A DNA stretch of 64,000 nucleotides. Source: the human T2T-CHM13v2.0 reference genome, Homo sapiens. Position numbers and translations under genes: made by a program. A model generated the notes under the pieces. The model was not told where the DNA came from. It did not search any database and saw nothing but the letters and a program-made list of their open reading frames with translations. The DNA lies in the NCBI RefSeq assembly GCF_009914755.1, contig NC_060925.1. One strand, written 5' to 3'. Position 1 is the stretch's first letter. Every line of letters begins with the position of its first letter. Of the stretch, positions 40,867 through 57,023 are shown in pieces.

Positions 40867-43800
40867 TTTTTTTTTTATTTTTTGTGGGTACATAGTAAGT
40901 GTATATATTTATTGGGTACATATTTTGATACTGTCATGTGATGTGAAATAAGCACATCATGGAGAATGAGGTATCTGTCCCCTCAAGCATTTATCCTTTG
41001 AGTTACAAACAATCCAATTACACTATTTATTTTAAAATATACAATTATTATTGATTATAATCACTCCGTTGTGCTGTCAAATTCATTCTTTCTATTTTTT
41101 GTAACCCATTAACCATCTTATTCATTCTTTCTATTTTTTGTAACCCATTAACCATCCTCAGCTTCCCCCAGGCCCCCACTACCCTTCTCAGCTGATGGTA
41201 ACCGTCTTTCTACTCTCTGTTCATGAGTTCAATTGTTTTGATTTTTAGATCCCATAAATGAAAGAGAACTTATTTGTCTTTCTGTGCCTTGCTTATTTCA
41301 ATTAACATAATTATCTCCAATTCCATTCATGTTGTTGCAAATGACAGGATGTCATTCTTTTTTGTGGCTAAATAGTACTCCATTGTGTATATGTACCACA
41401 TTTTATCCATTCATCTGTTGATGGATACTTAGGTTGCTTCCAAATCTTGGCTATTGTAAACAGAGCTGCAGCAAACACAGGAGTGCAGATATCTCTGTGA
41501 TATACTGATTTCCTTTCTTTGGGGTATATACGCAACAGAGAGTTTGCTGAATCATATGGTAGCTCAATTTATTTTTTTGCAGTTTTTGAGGAACCACCAT
41601 ACTGTTCTCCATGATGGTTGTACTAATTTACATTCCCACCAACGGTGTACAAGGGTTCGCTTTTCTCCACATCCTCGCCAGCATTTGTTCTTGCCTGTAT
41701 TTTGGATATAAGCCACTTTAACTGGGTGAGATGATATCTCATTGTAGTTTGATTTGCTTTTCTCTGATGATGAATGAGGCTGAGCACTGTTTCATATGTC
41801 TCTCTGCCATTTGTATGTCTTTTTAAAAATGTCTATTCAAATCTTTTGCCCATTGATTAGATTATTAGATTTCTTCCTATAGAGTTGTTTCAGCTCCTTA
41901 TATATTTGGCATATTAATCCCTTGTCAGATGGGTAGTTTGGAAGTATTTTCTCCCATTTTGTGGGTTGTCTCTTCACTTTGTTGATTGTATCCTTGCTGT
42001 GCAGAAGCTTTTTAACTTGATGTGATCCCATTTGTTCATGTTTGACAAGGGTCCAGTTTCATTCTTCTGCATATGGATATCCAGTTTTCCCAGCACCATT
42101 TATTGAAGAGCTCATATGTTAGCTCAATTTGTTTGCAAGTATCCTTTTCTATTCTGGGTTGCCTTTTTACTCTGTTGATAGTGTCATTTTTATTTTTATT
42201 TTTGTGAGTACATAGTAAGTGTATATATTTATGGGGTACATGAGATGTTTTGATACAGGCATACAGTGTGAAATAAGCACATCATGGAGAATGGGGTATC
42301 CATTCCCTCAAGCACTGTCTCTGCCCCAGTGTAGGTTCTTGGCACCTTTGTGAAAAATGAGTTCACTGTAGGTATGTGCATTTGTTTCTGAGTTCTCTAT
42401 TCTGCTCCATTTATCTATATATCTGTTTTTATGCCAATACCATGCTGTTATGGTTACGACAGCTCTGTAGTATACTTTGAAGTCTGGTAATGTGATTCCT
42501 CCAGTTTTGTTCTTTTTGCTCAGGATAGCTTTGGGTATTCTGGGTCTTTTGTGGTTCCATATAAATTTTATAATAGGATTGTTTTTTCATTTCTGTGAAG
42601 AATGTCACTCATATCTTGATAGGGATTGCATGAAATCTGTAGATTGCTTTGTGTAGTACAGACATTTTAACAATATTGATTCTTCCAATCCAGGAACATG
42701 GAATACTTTTCCATTTTTTGGTGTCCTCTTCAATTTCTTTCATTAATGTTTTATAGTTTTCATTATAGAGATCTTTCACTTCTTTGGCTATGTTAATTCC
42801 TAGGTATTTGATTTTATGTGTGGCTATTGTAAATGAGATTACCTTTTTCATTTCTGTTTTACATTGTTCACTGTTGGCAAATAGATGTATTACTATTTTT
42901 GTATGTTGATTTTGTATTCTGCAACTTTACTGAATTTGTCAGTTCTAATAGTCTTTGGTGGAGTCTTTAGGTTTTTTCAAATATAAGATCATATAATCTT
43001 CAAACAAGGATAATTTGATTTCTTCCTTTCCAATTTGGATGCCCTTTTTATCTTTATCTTGCCTAATTGATCTAACTATGAATTCAAATATTATATTGAA
43101 TAACACTGGTGAAAGTGGACATCCTTGTCTTGTTCAGGATAGAGGAAAGGCTTTCCAATTTTCCCCACTCACTATAATACTAGCTGTAAGTCTGTCATAT
43201 ATGGCTTTTATTGTATCGAGGTGTGTTCCTTCTAGTCCCAGTTTTTGAGGGTTTTTATTATGAAGGGGTGTTGAATTTTATCAAATGCTTTTTCAACATC
43301 AATTGAAATTATCATATGGTTTTTGTCCTTAATTCTGTTGATGTGATGTATCACATCGATTGATTTACGTATGTTGAATCATCGTTGCATCCCAGGGATA
43401 AATCCCACTTGGTCATGATGAATAATCTTTCCCATGTATTGTTGAATTTAGTTTGCTAGTATTTCATTAAGGATTTTTCATTAATATTCATCAGAGATAT
43501 TGGCCTATAGTTTTCTTTTTTTGGTGTGTCTTTGGTTTTGGTATCAGGGCAATACTGGCTTCTAGCCACATAGAATAAGTTTGAAAGTATTCCCTCATCC
43601 TTTATTTTTTTTAAATAGTTTGAGTAGGATTAGTATTAGATTTTCTTTAAATATTTGGTAGAATTCAGCAGAAAGGCCATCAGGTCCCAGGCTTTTCTTT
43701 ATTGGAATACTTTTTATTATGGCTTTGATCCATTACCTGTTATTGGTCTGTTCAGGTTTTTTATTTCTTCATGGTTCAAACTTAGTAGGTTGTATCTATC

Positions 43801-46800
43801 TAGGAATTTGTCCATTTCTAGATTTTCCAATGTATTGCCATATAGTTGCTCATAGTAGTCACTAATGATCCTCTGAACTTCTGAACTATCAGTTGTAATG
43901 TCTCCATTTTCATTTTTGATTTACATGGATCTTTCTTTTTTTCTTAGTCTGGCTAAAGGTTTGTCAATTTTGTTCATCTTTTCAAAAAATCAACTTTTGT
44001 TTCAATGATCTTTTGTATGCTTTTATTTCAATTTCATTTATTTCTGTGCTGATCTTTATTATTTCTTCTCTTCTATTAATTTTGTGTCCAGTTTGCTCTT
44101 GCTTTTCTAGTTTTTTTCAATGCATCATTAGGTTATTTAAAGGTTTTCCTTTTTATGATGTAGGTACTTATAGCTATAAACTTCCCTTTTAGTATTGTCT
44201 TTGCTGTATCCCATGGGTTTTGGCATGTTGTGTTTCCATTTTCATTTGCTTCAGAAAAATTTTCAACTTTCTTCTGAATTTCTTCATTGACCCACTGATC
44301 ATTCAGGAGTGTATTGTCAAATTTCCATGTATTGGTAAAGTCTTCAAAATTCCTCTTGTTATTCATTTCTAGTTTGATTCCATTGTGTTCAGAGAAGACA
44401 CTTGATATTATTTCAGTTTTTTTGAATGTCTTAAGACTGGCTTTGTGACCTAACATATGGTCTATCCTTGAGAATGATTCACGTGCTAAGAAAAAGAATC
44501 TATATTCTGCAGTTCTTGGATGAGATGTTCTGTAAATAGCTATTAGATCCATTTTGTTTATATTGCAGATTAAGTCTGATGTTTCTTTGTTGATTTCCTG
44601 TTTGAAATATCTGTCCATTGCTGAAAGTGAGATTTTAAAATCTCCACCTATTATAATATAGGGGCCTCTCTCTTTATTTCTAATATTTCCTTTGTATATC
44701 TAGGTGCTCCAGTGTTGGGTGCATATATATTTAAAATTGTTATATTTGCTTGCTGAATTGAACTCTTTATCATATAGTGATCGTCTTTGTCTCTTCTTAT
44801 AGTTTTTGTCTTAAAATCTATTTTTTCTGATATAAGTATAGTGACTCTTTCTTTTTGGGTTCCACTGGCATGGAATATCATTTTCCATCCCTTTATTTTC
44901 AGTCTATATGTGAAGTGTGCTTTCTGTAGTCAACAGATCAATGGGTATTGTTTTTTTCATCCATCCCTAGTCTATATCTTTTGATTGGAGAGTTTAGTCT
45001 AGTTATGCTTAATATTATTATTAATAAATAATGACTTACTTCTGCCATTTTGTTATTTGTTTTCTGGTTCTTTTGTGGTCTTCTCTCCCTTCTTTCTTTC
45101 ATTTCTGTTTTCCTCTAGTGAAGATGATTTTATCAGATAATATAATTTAGTTTCTTGCTTTTTATTTTTTTGTGTATCCATTGTATATTTTTTGTTTGAG
45201 GTTACCATAAGGCTTGCAAATACTATCCTATAACCCATTATTTTAACCTGATAATAATTTAACACTATTTTCCTAAACAAATAAGCAAAAAGAAAATGAA
45301 TACAAACTCTATGCCTTACCTTTTCCCCCTGCTTTTTAACTTTTTCTTGTTTCTATTTATATCTTATTGTACTGTCTTGAAAAGTTGTAGTTATTATTTT
45401 TGATTGGTTCATCACTTAATCTTTTCACGTAGGATAAGAGTAGTTTATACATCACAGTTACAATGTTATAATATTCTGTGTTTTTCTGTCTACTTATTAT
45501 TACCAGTAAGTTTTGTACCTTCAGGTGATTATTTATTGCTCATAAATGTTCTTTACTTTCTGACTGAAGTACTCTCTTTAGCATTTCTTGTAGGACAGGT
45601 CTGGTGTTGATGAAATCCCTCAGCTTTTGTTTGGGAAAAATCTTTATTTGTCCTTCATGTTTGAAGGATATTTTTGCTGGCCATCCTATCTTAGGGTAAA
45701 AGTTTTTTTTCTTCCCTCAGCATTTTAAATATGTCATGCCACTTTCTCCTGGCCTGTAAGATTTCTACTGAAAAGTCTGCTGCCAGATGTATTGGAGCTC
45801 CATTGTGTGTGTGTGTGTTTTTTCTCTTGCTGCTTTTAGGATTCTTTTATTTAATCCTTAACCTTTGGGAGTTTGATTATTAAATGCCTTGAGGGGAGTC
45901 TTCTTTAGATTAAATCTGTTTGGTGTTCTATAACCTTTTTGTACTTGGATATTATTACCCCATTGAATTAACATTCTACCCCTATCTCTTTCTCTACCTC
46001 CTCCTTAAACTTAATAACTCTTAGATTTACCGTTTTGAGGCTATTTTCTAGATCCTGTAATTGTGCTTCATTACTTTTTTTCTTTTGTCTCTTCTGACTG
46101 TATATTTTCAAATAGCCTGTCTTCAAGCTCACTTATTCTTTCCTCTGCTTGATCAATTCTGCTATTAAAAGACTATGATGCCTTCTTCAGTATGTCAAAG
46201 ATATACTGAAGAAGAGCTGGATTTTTCAGCTCCAGAATCACTTGATTCTTTTTAATTATTTCATTCTCTTTGGTAAGTTTATTTGATAGCATTCTGAATT
46301 CCTTCTCCACGTGATCTTGAAATTTTTTGTTTTCTCAAAACAGCTATTTTGAATTCTCTGTCTTAAAGGTCACAAAGCTCTACAGGTTTGGTCCCTCATG
46401 CCTTATTTAGTTCATTTGGTGGGTCATGTTTTCCCAGACGGTGTTAATGCTAGTCGATGTTCTTTGGTGTCTGGACATTGAAGAGTTAGGTATTTATGGT
46501 AGTCTTCACTGTCTGGGCTTATTTGTAGCTGTCCTTCTTGGGAAGTTTTTCCAGATATTTGAAAGGACTTGTGATCTAAGAGGTATCCGCTTTAAGGTGC
46601 ACCCCAGGCCCAATAGTACTGTGGGTCTTGCAGATGTGTAGAGGCACTGCCTTGATGGTCTTGGACAAAATCCAGGATAATTTTCCGGGTTACCAGAGAC
46701 TCTTGTTCTCTTACCCTACTTTCTCCCAAACATACAGAGTCTCTCTCTCCCTGTTCTGAGCCACCTAAAGCTTGGGGTGGAGTGACACAAGTACCCCTTT

Positions 46801-48475
46801 GGCCACCACTGTTATGACTGCCCTGGGTCAGACCTGAAGCCAGCACAGCACTTGGTCTCACCCAAGGCCTGCTGTAACCACTCCGTGGCTGTTGCCTATG
46901 TTTGCTTATGGCCCTGGGGCTCTACAATTAGCAGGTGGCAAAGCCAGCCAGGCCTGTGTTTTTCCCTTCAGGGTGGTGAGGTCCCCCAGGCCTCAGGTGG
47001 GTCCAGAGGTGCCATCTTGGAGTCAGGCACTACAGTCAAAAACCTTAGAAGTCTCCCTGGTGTTCTACTGTATTGTGGCTGAGTGGCACTCAAACCATAA
47101 GGTGCAGTTCTTCCCACTCTTCCCTTCCCTTTCCAAAAGCAGGGGAGCCTCATCCCATAGCCACTGGCACCCCAGGCCATGAAGAGTACTACCAGACTAC
47201 TGCCAAGGTTCTCCTAAGGCCTAAGGGCTCTTAAGTCAGCTTGTCGTGAATGCTGCCTGGACTGGGATTCACCCTTCAGGGCGATTGGCTCCCCTTTGGC
47301 CCAGGGGAGGTCCAGGCATACCATTCAAGTGTCAAGTTCTGGAATCGGGGACCCCAAGAGCCCACTTGGTGCTCTACCACCCTGTGACTGTGCTGGTACT
47401 TAAGGTGCAAGACAAAGTCCCCATTACTTTTTCCTCTGCTTTTCTCAATCAGAAGGAGTTTTGTCCCATAACCACCAGAGCTGGTAATATGCTGAGTCTC
47501 ACTTGAAGCCAGCAAGTTTCAGAAGCTCACCCAAGGCCCTTGATGTAGTACCTGGGTATTGCTGCTGGTTATTCAGGGCCCAAAGGCTTTTGAATGAGCA
47601 GGTGGTGAATCCTGGCAGGACTGGGTTCTTTTCTTCAAGGCAGTGGGATTGCTCTGGCCCCAGGTGTACCTAGAAATGTCATCTGAGAGCTAAGGCCTGT
47701 AATGGGGTCCTCATGACTCTGACTGGTGCTCATCCTGCTGTGGCAGAGCTTGTATCCTAGATGCAAGACAAAGGGCTCCCAACTCTTCCCCTTCTTCTCC
47801 TCAAGTGGAAAGAAGGGGTGTCTTTTGCAGCCAGGAGTTGTGCAACCTGGAGTTAGGAAAGGGGTGATGCCAGCACTCCCTTGGCTGGCTTAGCTGATGT
47901 CTCAGCATATCACGTGTTCCCCCAGTCCACTGTCTCTGGGCCTAGCTCAGCACTAGGACTCACCTAAGAGTTGCAGTTCTTATGATCTAGACTGCCTTCC
48001 AAGTTATTTAAAGGCCAGGTGCAGCCCTCAGTGGTGACGTTCACAGGCACTCAAGTTTGGACTGCTGGGATTGGCAATTACCCTCTGGCTCAGGCTGGTT
48101 TAAATGCTCCCTCCATGTGCGGGCATCAGATGAGTTTGGTCTGGTTTTCCCTTCTGCTCTAACAGAATAGCACTGAGTTCAATGCCTCAAAATTGCTGGG
48201 TCCCCCTCCCACAGCACCCAGAGGTGCTCTCGGCACCACACTGCCACTGCCAGAGAGTGGGGGAGTGGTGGTGTCAGCGATTCAAGAGTGTTTTTTCTCT
48301 CTCTTCCATGCCTCTTTCAGCAATGTGAACTTAAAACCAGGTGCTCTAAATGCTCACCTGAATTTTGGTTCTTATGAAGGTGTTTTCTCTGTGTATAGTT
48401 GTTAACTGGGTGTCCTTCTGGGGGGAATGATTGGGAGAGCCTTCTACTCCACCATCTCACTCTGCCTCCTGCCCC
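40867..48475 (-). mobile_element. Full-length degenerate L1MA1-like element nested in L1MB
   Basis: 3'UTR gtgaaataagcacatcatggagaatg...tgagttacaaacaatccaattacac; endonuclease-domain ORF 44133-44618 (SFSRIDHMLGHK, FSEHNGIKLE) and ITILNIYAPNTGAP; 5' start gcagagtgagatggtggagtagaaggctc; TSD copy ctgttcatggtgtctttt at 48476-48493. Confidence 0.92.
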
Positions 48476-48554
48476 CTGTTCATGGTGTCTTTTCATGCAT
48501 AAAATTTTTAAGTTTTCAGGAAATCCAATGTATCTATCATTTCTTTTATTAATT

Positions 48555-51300
<2,746 letters not shown>

Positions 51301-53642
51301 AATGGGTTTTGGTGTCATATCCAATACATCATTGCCAAATCCAATGTCATAAAGATTTTCCTATGTTTTCTTCTAAGAGTTTTATAGTTTTAGGTCTTAC
51401 ATTTAGGTTTTTGATCTATTTTGAGCTAATTTTTATAAAATGTTAGATAATAATCCAGTTTTTGTTTTTGTTTTTGTTTTTTTTTGCATGTTGATATCCT
51501 GTTTTCCTAGCAACATTTGTTGAAAAGACTGTCCTTTTTCCACTGAGTGGTCTTAGCACCTTTGTTAAAAAATCACTTGGCCACATATGTAAGGGCTTAT
51601 TTTTGGGTTCTCTCTTTTATTCCATTGGTCTGTATTCTGTCTTTGTGCTAGTACTACATTGTTTTGATTACTGTAGCTTTGAAGTAAGTTTTGAAATCGG
51701 GAAATGTGAGCTTTGCTTTTCTTTTTCAAGACTGTTTCAGCTATCTTTAGTCCCTCAAGTGCCATATAAATTTTAGGATGGGTTTATCTAATTCTACAAA
51801 AAACATCATTGAGATTTTGATAGGGATCACTAAATCTAGGTACTTTGGGAAGTATTGACATCTTAACAATACTAAATCTTCCAATCCATGACTATGTGAT
51901 CTTTTCATTTATTTCTGTCTTTAATGTCTGTCAGTAATGTTTTATAGTTTTCATAGTGCAAGTCTTTCACCTCTTTAAGTTAATTCTAAATATATATTTT
52001 TTCTTTTTGATGCTATTGGAATTGAATTTTTTTTCATTTCCTCTTTGGACTGTTCATTGTTAATGTACAGAAATGCAACTGCTTTTTGTGTGTTTTGTAT
52101 TCTGCTACTACTTTGCTGAATTCATTTATCAGTTCTAATAATTTGTTTTTGTGGAATCTTTAGGATTTTCTACATATAGGATCTCATTATCTGTGAGCAG
52201 AGATAATTTTACTTCTTCCTTTACAATTTGGATGTATTTTTTCAAATTTTTGCCTAATTTCTCTGGCTAGAACTTCTAGTACTATGTTGAATAGAAGTGG
52301 CAAAATAGACTTCTTTGATTTTTTCCTGATCTTAGAAGAGCATTTAGTCTTTCACCATTGAGAATAATGTTTACCGTGGGGTTTTTGTATGGCTTTAACT
52401 ATGTTGAGGTAGTTTCCTTCTATTTCTAGGCTGTTGAGTGTTTTTATCATGTAAGTATGTCAGATTTTGAAAATTATTTTTTCTGTGTATATTGAGATGA
52501 CTCTGTGTGTTTTATCCCCTTTATTCTATTCATGTAGTACATTACATTGATCAATTTTTATACATTAAATCACCTTCCATTCCAGGACTAAATCCCACTT
52601 GCTTATGGAGTATAACACTTTTAATATGCTGCTGAATTTGGTTTGCTAGTATTTCATTGAGGATTTTTGCGTCAATGTTCATAAAAGATATTGATCTGTA
52701 GTTTTCTTTTCTTCTCATGTCGTTGTCCAGTTTCGGTATGAGGTTGGTTCTGGCCTTTTAAAATGAGTTGGAAAGTGTTCCTTCCTCTTCCAATTTTTGA
52801 AAATTTTTAGAAATATTGGTGGTGTTTAAAATGTGTAGTAAAATTCACCAGGGAAACTATCAAGTCCAGGGCTTTTCCTTGTCAGGAGATTTTTGATTGC
52901 TGATTTAATTTCCTTACCAATTATAGGTATATTCATATTTTTTATTTCTTCATTATTTCATCTTGGTATATCTTGTTTCTAGGAATTCCTCAATTTCATC
53001 TAGGTTATCTAGTTTTTTAGTTTATAATTGTTCATAGTACTTTCTTATAATCCTTTTAATTCCTATAGAGTTGGTAATCACCATACTTTCATTTCTGCTT
53101 TTAGTAATTTGAATCTTCCCTCTTTTTTTCCTTAGTTCATCTAGCTAAAGATTTGTCAACTTTGTTGATCTTTACAAAGAACAAGCTTTTGGTTTTGTTG
53201 ATTTTTCTCTATTTTTTGTACTATATTTTGTTTATCTGGCTGTAATCTTTAATATTTCCTTTCTTTTGCTGGCTTTAGGTCTAGTTTGTTCTTTTTTTTT
53301 TTCTAGTCCCTTAAGTTGTAAAGTTAAATTGTTGATTTGAGATTGTTCTTGTTTTTTAATGTAAGTATAGTTATAAATTTTCCCCTTAGCACTGCTTTTG
53401 CTCTATCCCATACATTTTGCTATGCTGTGTTTTCATTTTTATTTATTTCTACTTACTTTCTTATTTCCCCTTTTACTCTTCTTTGATTCACTGATGGTTT
53501 AATTTTTACAAATTTATGAAATTTTTAGTTTGCTTCTGTTACTGATTTCTAACTGTATCCCGTTTTGGTTGGGGTAGTTACTTTGCACGATATCTACCTT
53601 TTAAAATCTACTGAGACTTAATTTCTGACCTAGTATGTGGTC

Positions 53643-54062
53643 TGATATGGTTTGGATGTTTATCTCCTTCAAATCTCATGTTAAAATATGATTCCCAATG
53701 TTGGATGAGGAGCCTGGTGGGAGGTGATTGGATTATGGGGGCAGACCTTCATGATTGGTTTAGCACCAACTCCTTGGTGATAGATGAGTTATTCTTAGTT
53801 AGCTCGCACATTATCTGATTATTTAAAAAACTCTGAGACTTCCTCCTTTTCTCTCTCTTGCTTTCTCCTGCTCCATGTGATGCACCTACTCCTCCTTTGC
53901 CTTCCGTCATGATTGTAAACTTCCTGAGGCTTGCACCAGGAGCAGATGCTGGAGGAGCAGATACGTGTACAACCTGCAGAATCATGAGCCAATGAAAACC
54001 TCTTTTCTTTATAAATTACCCAGCCTTAGGTATTTATAGCAATGCAAGAATCGACTAACACA
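53643..54062 (+). mobile_element. MSTB-like MaLR solo LTR
   Basis: tgatatggtttggatg...ttataaattacccagcc...gactaacaca; 5-bp TSD tggtc / tgttc. Confidence 0.93.
53725..53735 (-). promoter_or_regulatory. DUX4 consensus motif TAATCCAATCA within the MSTB LTR
   Basis: tgattggatta on the + strand; motif match only, binding not shown. Confidence 0.5.
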
Positions 54063-54646
54063 TGTTCTAAACTGGAAAATGTCCTTGTGCACTTGAGAAG
54101 AATGTGCATTTTGTTGGTGTTGAGTACAGTGTTCTATGTGTATCTGTTAAATATAGTTGGTCCAATGTTCTGTTCAAGTCCTCTGTTTCCTTACTTATCT
54201 TGTGTTGGTTGCTCTAGCCATTATTGAGAGTGGGGTATTTAAGTCTCCAACTATTATTGTAGAACTGTTTACTTCTCCTTTCAATTCTGTCAATTTCTGC
54301 TTCATCTATTTTGATGGTCTATTATTAGATGTGTAACTGTTTATAATTATTTTATTGTCATACTGTATTGAACTTTGTATTGAAACATATGTTCTTCTTT
54401 GTCTCCTGTTACCTCTTTTTGATTTAAAATTTGTTTTTTTCATTAGAGTAGCCACCTCTATTGTCTTTTGGTTAGTATTTTCATGGAATTATTTGCAGTT
54501 CATTCATTTTCAATCCATTTGTGTCTTTAGAGCTAATGTGAGTCTCTTGCAGGCAGAAGATAGTTGGATCATGTTTTCATTTATTAATTCTGACAATCTC
54601 TGCCTTTTGATTGGAAAGGTTAATACATTAACGTTTAAAGTAACTA

Positions 54647-54972
54647 CAGTTCTCTCTTGGTATCTCTGGAGAATCAGTTCCAAGACTTCCTATGTATACC
54701 AAAATTCACAGATGCTCAAATCCCTTATATAAAATGGCATAGCATTTGCATAAAATCTATGCTTATTCTCCTGTATACTTTAAATCATTTCTAAATCACT
54801 TATAATACCTAATAAAATGTCGGTGCTATCTAAGTAGTATTACATAGCATTTGTAAACTGTATTTTTATTTATATTGTATTGATTTTCATTGCTGTATTT
54901 TTTTCAAACGTTTTTGATCTGTAGTTAATTGAATCTGGGAATGCAGAGCCCACAAATACAGATGGATGATTG
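54647..54972 (-). mobile_element. MER2 (TcMar-Tigger) non-autonomous DNA transposon
   Basis: ataccaaaattcacagatgctcaaatcccttatataaaatggcatag; termini cagtt / gattg flanked by TA TSDs. Confidence 0.9.
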
Positions 54973-56664
54973 TACTTTAAAGAAGAGAGTTACTCCTGTA
55001 ATTTTTCTCTATTTGTTTTCTATTTGCGTTATAGCTTTTTGTCCCTCATTTCCTGCATTACTGTCTTCTTTTGTGCTTGGCTAATTTTTTATGAACATTT
55101 TAATTTTTTCTCATTTCCTCTTGTTTATATTCTACAGCTCTTTTGTGGTTATTCTCCTATTACATTTAACACCCTAAATTTATAACACTCTAGTTTGAAT
55201 TTATACCAGCTTAACTTTAATAACATACAAAAACCATACTCCTTGATAGCTCTATTTCCACTCCTTTCAGTAGTTAATATCACAAAATTACATCTTACAT
55301 TGTATGTTCAAAACATAAACTAATTTTTTATTCTATTAGTCTTTTAATTACTTAGAAAACAAAATATGGAGTTCCAAACCAAAGTTCCAGTAATACTAGT
55401 TTTTTAAATGTATTAGTTTCACATCATGTAGGAAATAATTGCCCATGTAATAATTAACCTTTATTTCTTTATATGGCTTTTAGTTACTGTCTTGTGTCCT
55501 TTCATTTCAATCTGGAGAATTCCCTTTAGCATTTTTTGGAGAGAAGTTCTAGTAGTCATAAATATCCTTAGCTTTTTTTGCAACCTGGGAATGTGTTGAT
55601 TTCTTTATTAATTTTGAAGGACAATTTTACTGGATATAGAATTCTTGATTAACTGTTTTTTGTTTTGTTTTGTTTTGTTGCTTTCAGCAATTTGGATATA
55701 GCTGCCCACTGCCTTTTGGCCTCCAGAGTGTCTGATATCTACTGATAATCTTATTGAGGATACCTTGTATGTAATAAGTTGCTTGTCTCCTGCAGCTTTC
55801 AAAATTCTTCTTTTCTTTGGCTTTTAACAGTTTGATCATAATGTGTTTTGATGTGAGTCTCTTTGAGTTCATCCAATTTAAAGTTTATTTGGCTTCTTGA
55901 ATGTTTGGGAGGCTTTCTGACTATTTATTTATGTATTCTCTCCCCCACTTTTTCTCTCTTCTCTCCTTCTGGGTTCCCACAGTGCATATCCTGGTCCACT
56001 TGATGGTGTCCTACAGGTCCTTTAGGCTTAGTTCAGTTTTCTTCAATCTCTTTTTCTCTCTGTTTCTAAGACTCAATAATTTCCATTGTCTTATCATCAT
56101 GTCCACTGGTTCTTTCTTCTGCCTGTTCAAATCTGCCTTTGAATTCTTCTAATGAGTTTTTAATTTCAGATATGGTAATTTTCAGCTTCAGAATTTTTGT
56201 TTTGGTTTCTTTTTAGGTGTTTTATTTCTTTATTGATATTTCCATTTTGTTCATACATATTTCTCTTGACTTTCTCCATGTCTTCTTTTAGTTCTTTGAG
56301 GATCTTTAAGACAGTTGTTTTAAAGTCTTTGTTTAGTAGATCCATCATATTTTTTTCCAGGGACAGTTTCTGTGGATTTATTTTTCTTTTAAATGGGTTA
56401 TACCTGTTTTTTTGTACAATTTGTGGATTTTTAAATTGAAACTCTAGATTTCAATCTAATAACACTGTAACTGTGGAAATCAGATTCTCCTTCTTCCCCA
56501 AGATTCACTGATTTTTTTCTTTTTGTTTTTTCTTTTATTGTTGTATGCTGTCTTTGTGCTGAGAATCTACCTGAGGTATAAATTTAAGGAGCTGTGCCTT
56601 TGCTTACGCATGCACAGTGACTTTCTAATTTTCCCCATGTATGCAATTGCCTTGAATGTTATAG

Positions 56665-57023
<359 letters not shown>

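Noticed and set aside
44133-44881. APE-like endonuclease ORFs
   Set aside because: Fragmented endonuclease domain of the dead L1MA1 copy.
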